The notes below the pieces were generated by a model. It was not told the DNA's origin. It ran no database searches and worked only from the letters and a program-made list of their open reading frames with translations. DNA of 64,000 bases from Candidatus Latescibacterota bacterium (GTDB lineage: Bacteria > Latescibacterota > CBDEFO01). Both the position numbers and the translations under genes were made by a program. Shown here piece after piece: positions 50,812-60,200 of this stretch (position 1 is its first letter; every line of letters begins with the position of its first letter). The DNA is taken from contig OZ252149.1 in the NCBI GenBank assembly GCA_965248755.1, forward strand, positions 3,104,001 to 3,168,000. Direction: 5' to 3'.

Positions 50812-53800
50812 ATGAACACTTTAAAGCTGCTGTTGCGGTCAGCTATTCTTCTAACTCTCTCTGTAAACGCCTTATATGCTCAGTATGGTGAGCCGTTCGC
50901 AGTAAGCCTGACCGGCATAGACGGCAGCTCCACTATCATAGCCAATCCCGGAGAACAGTTTCAAATTGAGGCAAGGGTCAGTCCGGTAACTAAAGGCCTA
51001 TTCGGATTCTCCTCAAAATTTGGGTTTGACCCTAATGTTATCGAGATGGTAACAGAGTTTGGGCAACCGATCATAGTGCGTGTTCCGCCATTGCCTGGTA
51101 ATCCCACACCTGCTGGTGGTCTGGTAGCTGGCACAACTGACACGCTTAGTATGGGCGTTGTCGCATCAGATGGTGTTGGTGATTCGCCTGTTAGTGGTCC
51201 GATTCTTAGGATTACGTTTAGAGTGAAGAGCACAGCTACTCCTGGTGATTCGAGTCCGCTTAATTTGGTTAATACTGTTGTTAGTGTAGACACTCTTTTG
51301 GCATTTGGACCCTTTTTTGGTGTAGACATTCCTGCGGATACTCTTAGAAGCGCGGTAGTGCAGGTTCCTCCAGATACCACTGGTTCTGTCATTGATGTCT
51401 CCCCGACAAGTATAGATTATGGTGTCGTATTGGTAGGTGGTAGTTCTGACAGTACGATAAAGATTAAGAACGTAGGCAACGGGAACTTAGTCTTAGGGAC
51501 TCTGTCCATTACAGGCACTAATGCAGGTGAGTTTTCTATTTTTACTCCTCCCATTATAACTATCGCTCCGAGCGATAGCACTAATGTTGTCATAAGGTTC
51601 TCACCTCAGTCGGGTGGAACAAAATCAGCCACTTTGGTCATTCCGAGCAACGATCCAAATAAGCCATCTGTGAACGTACCGTTGACTGGTGCAGGTGTCT
51701 CCCCTAAAACTATAACAGTAACGGTAACGGATGCTGTGGGCAATCCAGGAGATCTGGTGAAAGTGAAGGTATTCGTGGAGCTGCAGCCTGAGGCTACCCT
51801 CGGCTTGTCTGAAATGGATATCAAGCTTAACATTGATCCGACAGTCATCAAAGTGGCGGGCACATTTATAAAAGACATCACCACTTTGCTGCCGTCATTC
51901 AGTAATTTCGCTACAGTCACCAATAGTGACAGTACGATTCACCTTATAGGCGCTCAGGGATCGGGTATTGCGCTAACATTCGCAGATTTGGGGCTTCCTG
52001 GAAACCCTGAAGCTGCCTGGGAGATCGGTTTCAACGTAGTAGGAAGTCCAGGGGATGTCAGCCCGATCACCGTAAATCTGGTAACGTCGGGTTTATCTAC
52101 GGGCCCTCGTGGGTCCACGAACACTGCACTTAATCCAGTAGATATTGCTGTAAATGGAAGCTTCAGTATACCTGTGGTCATCTCCAAAACTACAGTAGTG
52201 GCGGCTCGCACGACTCTCAAGGCCGACGGAGCTGATACTACGCTAATTACAGTAACTCCGAGAAAGGCCGACGGTAGTAAGATCAGTACCACTCTAAATG
52301 TGAGCGTTAATACAACAGCAGGTTCCGTTGGGGGTGTAACCGCTGAGACTGATAGCACATATACGGCTGTTCTGACCGCATCAAATGTTTTCGAGACAGC
52401 TGTGGTTAAGGCTATTATCGCTGGACAAGTGGCTCCTGACTCTGCGGTGGTGGTTTACCAACCTGCCCCTGATTCTCGATTTGGTGAGCCGTTTACAGTA
52501 AGGTTGACCGGTACTGACGGGGATACTACTATTGTAGCCAATCCAGGAGAGGAGTTTCAAATTGAGGCGAGGGTCAGTCCGGTAACTAAGGGCTTATTCG
52601 GATTCTCCTCTAAATTTGGGTTTGACCCTAATGTTATAGAATTGGTCACACAGTTTGGGCAACCGATTATAGATCGTGTTCCTGCATTACCTGGTAATCC
52701 TACACCTGCTGGCGGTCTGGTAGCTGGCACTACTGATACGCTTAGTATGGGAGTTGTCGCATCAGATGGTGTTGGTGATTTTCCTGTGGGTGGTCCTGTT
52801 CTTAGTATTACGTTCAGAGTGAAGAGTACAGCTAATCCTGGGGATTTGAGTCCGCTCAATTTGGTTGATGCTGTTGTTAGTGTAGATACCCTTTCGGTAT
52901 TTGGACCATTTTTTGGCATAGACATTCCTGCGGATACTCTTATAAGCGGAATGGTGGAGGTTATTCCAGTTACCACTGGTGCTGATATTGATTTCCCCAC
53001 GAGAAGTATAGATTTTGGTCCTGTTCAGGTAGGCAGCAGTGTGGACAGTACGCTAAAGATTAAGAACGTAGGCAACGGGAACTTAGTCTTAGGAGCTCTG
53101 TCCATTACAGGTACAAATGCAAGTGAGTTTTCTATTGTTGTTCCTCCAAGTACGACTATCGCTCCGAGCGATAGCACTAATGTTGTCATAAGGTTTTCGC
53201 CTTCGTCAGATAGTGCAAAGTCTGCCACTTTGGTCATTCCAAGCAACGATCCGGATAAGCCATCTGTGAATGTACCGTTGACTGGTGCAGGTAATCTTCC
53301 CTCTGCCCTTCAGGTTAGCATGCCGCATATTACGGCGTCTCCGGGTGAACTCATTTTGATCCCAATACAGATAACAACTCCGGGGCGCTTTGCTATCTCC
53401 TCAACTGAAATGTTCATTAGCTATGATTCTGACGTTACAAGAGCGCTTGAAGTAGTTACTGCTGGCACACTCACCGAGGGATGGGAGCTTATTTCCTTCA
53501 GGCATTCTTCTGGAATACTAACCTCTATTGATACGGCAAAGGTAGCTATGGCAACGCCCGTTGATACACTCACCGGGCCTGGCACTCTTGCCTTCATCAG
53601 AGTTAGCATCCCCCATACAGCTGCCCAAGGCGCTACCACACCCCTTGCTTTCCAGCGTCTTCTGTTTAATGATGGAGATCCGTCCGCGGTGACACAGAAT
53701 GGATCGCTCACTGTTGTTGCTATTCTAGGAGATGTCAGCAGTAATGGGAGAGTTGGTGCTTTTGATGCGTCGTTGATTCTCAGGGAGGTGGTGGGGCTTA

Positions 53801-54654
53801 TCACCTTACCTGATCCTGAATGGCCACACTTCACTTTATCTGTTGCCGATGTAAGCGGTGACGGGACGATCTCTCCTTTGGATGGAGCGCTCATCCTACG
53901 GTTCGTTGTTGGGATCACAGACCGCTTCCCTGTGCAGGCAGGACGATTTCCCAAATTTGTCTCTTCTGAAAGAACCATTCGGTTAGGAGAACAAGAGAAA
54001 TTACGTGATGGCTATTTCCGCGTTCCGATCTCTATAGATGAAATGGATGAAGTGCTTGCAGGCAAGATTCAGCTTACCTTTGATCCTTCGCATGTCACTG
54101 TAAAGGAAGTCTTGTCCGTTGGGTTAACCGCAGATTATCTTTTTGAAAGCAATATCATCCCCGATAGATTCAATCGGGGAAAGGATAAGATCATCATTGC
54201 CTTTGCAGGAGTGAAACCTCTCTCAGGAAGCGGTGAAGTTGCACATATTATCCTTAAAAGTGATACGATGCAGGAAGATATAATGGGAAGTGTTTCTCTG
54301 GAGATGGTAATTTTGAACGAGGGGCAAATCGGTGTGCTTATTGTTGGTAGTGAGGAGAAACAGACGTCGTATCCAGATACTTACCGATTATTTCAGAATT
54401 TCCCGAATCCTTCCAACCCAGAGACGACAATTCGGTATTATCTGCCCTCCTCCACCCCTCTCACGCTGACGATCTATAATCTGTCCGGACAGTTGATTCG
54501 GACACTGGTAGACGGACAAAGATCAGCCGGTAGCCACTCAGTGATATGGGATAGCACGGACGACACCGGAAATCCTGTGGCGAGCGGAATTTATCTCTAT
54601 CGGGTGGAGGCAGATGGATTTGCGCAGACGAGGAAGCTGATATTGATGCGGTAG
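50812..54654 (+). CDS. Large secreted modular protein: duplicated cohesin-like plus ASH modules, invasin-type Ig, cohesin, dockerin, cohesin and FlgD-Ig tail
   Basis: Signal peptide; ~270-aa internal duplication (GEPF...SNDP..PSVNVPLTGAG); GDVSSNG and DVSGDG dockerin loops; QNFPNPSNP tail. Confidence 0.85.
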   Translation: MNTLKLLLRSAILLTLSVNALYAQYGEPFAVSLTGIDGSSTIIANPGEQFQIEARVSPVTKGLFGFSSKFGFDPNVIEMVTEFGQPIIVRVPPLPGNPTPAGGLVAGTTDTLSMGVVASDGVGDSPVSGPILRITFRVKSTATPGDSSPLNLVNTVVSVDTLLAFGPFFGVDIPADTLRSAVVQVPPDTTGSVIDVSPTSIDYGVVLVGGSSDSTIKIKNVGNGNLVLGTLSITGTNAGEFSIFTPPIITIAPSDSTNVVIRFSPQSGGTKSATLVIPSNDPNKPSVNVPLTGAGVSPKTITVTVTDAVGNPGDLVKVKVFVELQPEATLGLSEMDIKLNIDPTVIKVAGTFIKDITTLLPSFSNFATVTNSDSTIHLIGAQGSGIALTFADLGLPGNPEAAWEIGFNVVGSPGDVSPITVNLVTSGLSTGPRGSTNTALNPVDIAVNGSFSIPVVISKTTVVAARTTLKADGADTTLITVTPRKADGSKISTTLNVSVNTTAGSVGGVTAETDSTYTAVLTASNVFETAVVKAIIAGQVAPDSAVVVYQPAPDSRFGEPFTVRLTGTDGDTTIVANPGEEFQIEARVSPVTKGLFGFSSKFGFDPNVIELVTQFGQPIIDRVPALPGNPTPAGGLVAGTTDTLSMGVVASDGVGDFPVGGPVLSITFRVKSTANPGDLSPLNLVDAVVSVDTLSVFGPFFGIDIPADTLISGMVEVIPVTTGADIDFPTRSIDFGPVQVGSSVDSTLKIKNVGNGNLVLGALSITGTNASEFSIVVPPSTTIAPSDSTNVVIRFSPSSDSAKSATLVIPSNDPDKPSVNVPLTGAGNLPSALQVSMPHITASPGELILIPIQITTPGRFAISSTEMFISYDSDVTRALEVVTAGTLTEGWELISFRHSSGILTSIDTAKVAMATPVDTLTGPGTLAFIRVSIPHTAAQGATTPLAFQRLLFNDGDPSAVTQNGSLTVVAILGDVSSNGRVGAFDASLILREVVGLITLPDPEWPHFTLSVADVSGDGTISPLDGALILRFVVGITDRFPVQAGRFPKFVSSERTIRLGEQEKLRDGYFRVPISIDEMDEVLAGKIQLTFDPSHVTVKEVLSVGLTADYLFESNIIPDRFNRGKDKIIIAFAGVKPLSGSGEVAHIILKSDTMQEDIMGSVSLEMVILNEGQIGVLIVGSEEKQTSYPDTYRLFQNFPNPSNPETTIRYYLPSSTPLTLTIYNLSGQLIRTLVDGQRSAGSHSVIWDSTDDTGNPVASGIYLYRVEADGFAQTRKLILMR

Positions 54655-54783
54655 GTTTCTAGACCTTTTTGTGAAGCTTACAGGATTGTACAGATAGCCC
54701 GTCAGAGGAGATGACGGGCTATCTTCTTGAACATTTATACCGCTATCGACTATAGGCGCAGTAGGTTTCTGCAACGAATTTCG

Positions 54784-54856
54784 CTCTCCCGGCAGGACTC
54801 GAACCTGCGACACGGTGGTTAACAGCCACCTGCTCTGCCAACTGAGCTACGGGAGA
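54784..54856 (-). tRNA. tRNA-Asn (GTT); CCA not encoded
   Basis: TCTCCCGTAGCTCAGTTGGCAGAGCA-GGTGG-CTGTTAA-CCACC-GTGTCGCAGGTTCGAGTCCTGCCGGGAGAG. Confidence 0.93.
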
Positions 54857-55366
54857 GTGACAGTTGTATGCAACAGTTTCAGTGCAAAATTGGCCCTTGA
54901 ACAAGCAGGACGTCCAGTTTCTCCCCGAAAAGTTCTTCGATCACTCTTCGGAGGTTACGTATGATGGTGATCGTTCCCTGTGACATAGAGTCGCCCCCGA
55001 TTGTTACTATCGGGGATCTGGGGGTCGAGATTTCTGGGGATCCCTTTGCAAAATGTTCAAGCTTTATTGCCACATGTAAAGATAAAATCTAATCTATCCT
55101 ATTCCAGATGTCAATAGCAAAAGGTGCTGGCCTACCAAATTTTAACAGGGCTGCTGCAACGTGTAGTCAGTCTTGAACTATAGGGCTCTCAAGTTGATTT
55201 TGTCAGCAGAGACTGATTTTACCCAAGCGGTCAGATAGGACAGAGTTCTTCGATATACCACTAGGGATATTTTTAGCTTGACTCCTGTATCTTTGTATGT
55301 TTATCTTTTGTTAATAATCGATCATATAAAACCTTAATTCTCCAACAAGGAGCAAGGGTCTCTGCA

Positions 55367-56350
55367 ATGAAAAATAAGATATTAGTCGTACCACCTTTCC
55401 TGGATCACAGTGTATTTGAAGAAGATGAAGACACAGGTGTGGACATATTGAAAAGGGAATTGCCCTTCGAGCCGGTTATTGAAGCGTACGAAGTAGGGAC
55501 GCTCTCCGCAGATCGTGCTGAAGGGGTTGCAGCCGTAATAGCGGATGGGTCTAAAGTCGATGAAGAGTTCTTCAAAGCGGCCAAGGGCATTATCTACGCC
55601 AGGTGGGGAACAGGTACAGACGGCTACACCAAGGAGATGGTCCTCAGGAATAATATATTGGCTACCAAAGTGCTGGGCGCAAGCGCAGATGCCGTTGCCG
55701 AGTACTCTATCTGGGCCATTCTGGACCTTTTAAAGGAAGCGACGTACAACAACAATCTGGCTCATCAGGGACAAGCAAGGAGGGTAGTAGCAAGACAGAT
55801 CAAAGGCAAGACGGTGGGTATTTACGGATTCGGCCTGATAGGCCAGGGCGTAGCAAGAAAACTCAAGGGATTGGAAGTCCATATTCTGGCATACGATATG
55901 GTAGATAAAAGCCAGATAGCAGATGAGATAGACGTGGAGTTAGTCGCAGCCCCTGAAGAGCTCTTAGCTAGATCGGACATCGTCTCTTTGCATGTCTCTG
56001 CCTCGGACACGATCATTGACAAGGCCGCCATAGAAAAAATGAAGGATGGGGCAATATTGGTGAACCCTTCCAGAGACTTTCTGATAGACGAGACGGCTGT
56101 GTACGAAGCGTTAGAATGCGGGAAACTTTCGGGAGTCTATCAGGAAGAACTTCCCCAAGAAGAGCGGCTGCGCGGACATCCACATGCCCTCTTCAGCCAT
56201 CACAACGCAGGAATATCTGTCGAAGCCTGCAGGGCTTTGACTACTACGACCGCTCACCAACTAGCCGACTTCCTCAACGGGTACCAACCTGAGCATATAG
56301 TCTATCGGGAAGTGCTGAAAAATATGAATCTCAAACCTAAAAGAAGATAA
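55367..56350 (+). CDS. D-isomer-specific 2-hydroxyacid dehydrogenase (SerA-like, divergent)
   Basis: GTGTD, AVAE, GFGLIG, SLH, VNPSR and HNAG motifs. Confidence 0.85.
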   Translation: MKNKILVVPPFLDHSVFEEDEDTGVDILKRELPFEPVIEAYEVGTLSADRAEGVAAVIADGSKVDEEFFKAAKGIIYARWGTGTDGYTKEMVLRNNILATKVLGASADAVAEYSIWAILDLLKEATYNNNLAHQGQARRVVARQIKGKTVGIYGFGLIGQGVARKLKGLEVHILAYDMVDKSQIADEIDVELVAAPEELLARSDIVSLHVSASDTIIDKAAIEKMKDGAILVNPSRDFLIDETAVYEALECGKLSGVYQEELPQEERLRGHPHALFSHHNAGISVEACRALTTTTAHQLADFLNGYQPEHIVYREVLKNMNLKPKRR

Positions 56351-56507
56351 AATCCTCACTACGACCTTCCCACTGCTTTTCTCGGCTTTTTTGTCAACTC
56401 CGCTCACCGGTTTCTCTGTGTTCTGGCTCCCCATACGCAAGTAGACAGTAAACAGGGACATAGCTTCCCATCCCTGTGTGCTGTCTACTATGTTTTGGTC
56501 GCCATAT

Positions 56508-56535
56508 GAACTTTTGAATTCCCCGCGGTGTCTTA
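56508..56535 (+). promoter_or_regulatory. Candidate ECF-type (sigmaE-like) autoregulatory promoter
   Basis: GAACTT(56508-56513)-16 bp-GTCTTA(56530-56535), about 100 bp upstream of the ECF sigma gene. Confidence 0.6.
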
Positions 56536-56630
56536 TGTAGTGAAAGCCTTTTCCCACAAAAAAGTTCTTCCCCGATTGAATCCCCAATAGCATCAATTGG
56601 GGATCGGAGATAGACGAAGATAAAAGGGCT

Positions 56631-57236
56631 TTGATGACACAATCCGATCGAGACCTCATTGGGAAGATTCGGGATCGCGATGCCAACGCCTTCGAGACGC
56701 TATTTGTGCGCTACAGGGAGATGGTCCGCCGACACTTGGCGAGCATAGTGCACGACGAGGATGGGGCCGACGACCTGGTGCAGGAGGTCTTTCTGCGGGT
56801 ATGGACTCGCGCAGAGCAGTGGAACGGCCGGGGGGCATTTAAGGCGTGGCTCTTCCGCATCGCTACAAACCTTGCACTTAACCACCTGCGCAGTCTGCGT
56901 AGGAGAAGACAGCAATCTCTCGACATCTCAGCGGATCCAGCCGACGACGACGACGAAAGTCCTGTCCCCGGATGGATGATCGACGCCTCGTCACTCGGAC
57001 CTGATGCGGTGCTTGAACAGGCCGAACAGCACGACCTACTCCAGGGTCTTATCGATAGGTTGCCCGAAGAAAAGCGCGAGGTTTTCCGGATGGTGCACGA
57101 GGTGGAGGTGGACATTCGGGATGTCGCCCACGCACTTGATATCCCAGAGGGCACCGTAAAATCGCGCCTGCACTACGCCAGGAAACATCTCGCTCGAAAA
57201 TGGAAGGAAATAGCGATAGAATGGGAGGATATGTAA
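56631..57236 (+). CDS. ECF (group 4) RNA polymerase sigma factor
   Basis: Region 2 ADDLVQEVFLRVW...FKAWLFRIATN and region 4 LPEEKREVF...VAHALDIPEGTVKSRLHYAR. Confidence 0.95.
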   Translation: MMTQSDRDLIGKIRDRDANAFETLFVRYREMVRRHLASIVHDEDGADDLVQEVFLRVWTRAEQWNGRGAFKAWLFRIATNLALNHLRSLRRRRQQSLDISADPADDDDESPVPGWMIDASSLGPDAVLEQAEQHDLLQGLIDRLPEEKREVFRMVHEVEVDIRDVAHALDIPEGTVKSRLHYARKHLARKWKEIAIEWEDM

Positions 57237-60200
57237 TGGCACTGGATATATCTGCGTTTTGGCATAGGGAATCGTTCGACCGGTTTTTGAAGGACCAGTT
57301 ACCCCAGCTCCTGGCTGCTCGGATGCCGCTTGTCGCCTATCATGTCGAATCGACCGGCATCTACACCTGTCACGTTAAGGTTGCTTTTGGGTCTGCCTCC
57401 GGAGACGTAGACGTCGAGTACACTGACCTTCCTCAACCGGACGAGGAAGGTATCTTCGAGGTCGAAAGCGTAAAGTATGTGGTCGTCCCGATAGCCTTTC
57501 AAGAGGAGTTAGACCTCGCCGAGATCCGCTGTGTCGGCGAACAGCTTTACGACTACTTTGAAGAGCGCCTGGGCGAAGCGCCGGAGGACTTACCATGGGA
57601 CGAGTCGCTCGCGCGAGCCTGGCTTCCGCTCAATGTGTGGATGCGTGAATTCCTGCACGCGGACCTACCGTGGGACGGAAATATAGTGCAAACGGCCCAC
57701 ACGCTCCATGATCAAAACTGGCTCGACAGGCATGCGCATCTGCGGCGCATCGTAGTTATGGACCCAAAGAAGATGTTCACACCTGGGCACCTCGGCCGCA
57801 CCTGTCCCTTCGAGACGCCGGAGGGCCCCAATATCGGTCGAATCCTAAGCATCGCCATGGGCGCGGAGATCAGCGATGGGAAGCTCGTCATTGTCAATGA
57901 TAAGCCTGAAGCTTCCATCGGTCTTTCAGCGTCTATGGTCCCCTTTCTGGAGCACAACGACCCGAACCGACAGCTTATGGGGGTCAACATGATGCGTCAG
58001 TGGTTCGTGCCGGCGGAGGTGGAACCTGCGCTCGTCCAGACCGGAAATGAACCCGACGCACCCGGCTTCTGGTGCGGGCGCAACCTGCTGACTGCCTTTG
58101 TCTCATGGGGTGCGGACACCTTCGAAGACGGCATCGTGGTGGGCAAATCGTGCGCCGAGCGCCTCAACTACCCCCATCCCGTCGAAGTGGGAGACAAGAT
58201 CAGCAACCGCCACGGAACCAAGGGCGTTGTGGCGAATATCCTGCCCGACAAAGAAATGCCGCACCTCGCCGATGGCACTCCGATAGAACTCGTTTTCAAC
58301 TTTATCAGCGTTCATTCGCGGATGAACCTCGGTCAACTGCGTGAGGCGCTAACAAGCCGCATCGCGAAAGCGGAGGGAGCGCCAGTCGTTGTGCCCCCAT
58401 TCGGCGCGCCGGGTGAACGTGAACTTCGCGAACGCCTTGCAAAGGCCGGACTTCCTGAAGACGGGATGGAGGTCCTCACGCTCGGACGCGATGGGCTGAA
58501 ACTGTGCCGGCCGAGCACAGTCGGATGGGTCTACTGGGGACGGCTCAATCACCTGGCGCGCAATAAGATATTTGTGTCTACCGATCACCATAAGCGCTCT
58601 TCAAAACAGGGCGAACTTGAGTATTATGCACTACGCGACGTCGGCACATTTGAAAACCTGATGGAGCATTTCAACACGCGCGCCCTCCGGCGGGACGATG
58701 CGGATAAACTCGCAGATCGCGTCGCAGAAGGCGCGGTCGAACAGGCCGGCCCGCCGACTCCCGGGTTCTCCGAAATAGCTCGGCGTCTTGTGGCTGGGGG
58801 GATCCAAGCAGAACTCGAAGGTGAGAAGCTAACGTTCAAATTTGCCAAACCCGAGGGCGATACTCTCAAGCTTGCCCGTCCAGTTGCGCATCCGTGGATA
58901 TGTGATCAAGAATTAGATGAGATCGGCGCTTTTGATGAACTTTCCGAATACCGCAATCTCGCCGAGGTCAACGCCAAAGCAGAACGCATACTCGCAAGCG
59001 ACGCTCCCGAAAGCCTGACCCGCAAAGCTTTTGAACAGCTCCAAACCCACGTGGGAAAGTTCTTCGACGCTCTCCTTGGCCCTCCCCACCTGCGCTTCGG
59101 CGAAAACTCACTCTTCAGCGGGCGAACGGTGATCTCGCCGGGGGCGGACCTTCGGATCGACCAGTTGGGACTTCCGGAAGAGATCGCGTGGACGCTCTTT
59201 GGGCCACTTGTAAGGCGAGAACTCAGCGTAGGGGCAGACTCGCGTGTCTGCCCTCCAGATTCGGGCGAACACATGGGTTCGCCCCTACATAAAGAGGAAG
59301 TAGACACCAGAAGCCCGCGTGCAACGGAGGAGCTCGACGAGATAATGGCGCGCTCGTGGGTCCTTCTACAGCGCATTATGCCCACGTCGTTCCTCGCGTT
59401 TCACCCCGTGCGGTGTCCAGGTCGCACTATCCATATCCATCCGCTCGTGTGTAGCCTGATGAACGCCGACTTTGACGGTGATCAGGCCGCTGTCTTCCTG
59501 CCGATCACCGAGGGCGCACAGCGCGAGGCTGGCGAGCGTCTGTCCGTCGCCGGTCACCTTGCGCGCGACCCGGAACTGCTCAAGTCACTGCTCCCGACGC
59601 ATGAAGCGATGTGGGGCGTTGCGAGTCTGAGCCTTACACCAAAAGGGCGCGAAGAGGTCTCAGAGCTTGCAGGGACTGACGTGACTGCACCCGACGGTAT
59701 CATCACGAGAGACTCGCTTGCCGAGGCGATGAAAGGCGTCCTTGAGTGCGATGGGATCGATAAGACCCTCGAAGTGCTCGAACGGCTGATGCGGCGAGGA
59801 TTTGAGGTCGCAAAGGAATCCGGAGCGTCCATTAGCCCGTTCATCGGGTCGAGCTTAAAGCGCTCGCCAGAGCCAGAAGAGGGTGACGCTGAGATGTGGG
59901 ATGACTACGCGGAGGAGCTTGTGGAACGGATCGCAGGACGCACGGACTTTGAGGACAACGATATGGGTCCGCAACTTCTTGCGATAAAGAGCGGCGCACG
60001 AGGTCAACTGCGCCAGCTTGCCTACCTGGTCGGGGCACGGGGCACAGCTACGGATGTCCGGGGGAGGGACGTACCGATCCGCCGCGGATATTCCGATGGC
60101 CTGACGCCCCAGGAGATGTACGCCGCTGTGGTCGGCGCACGGGAGGGACTTGCCGAAACAGTGCTGGAGACGTGGACGCGGTTTGGACTCGAATTTCATG

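Noticed and set aside
54879..55073. 64-aa ORF, possibly a minimal nucleotidyltransferase fragment
   Set aside because: The resemblance is weak, the GS..DxD motif is absent, and part of the ORF is palindromic repeat.
57200..57235. ORF-track start for the polymerase at 57200
   Set aside because: The ATG at 57236 has a GGAGG RBS and a TAATG overlap with the sigma stop, and RpoB similarity begins just after it.
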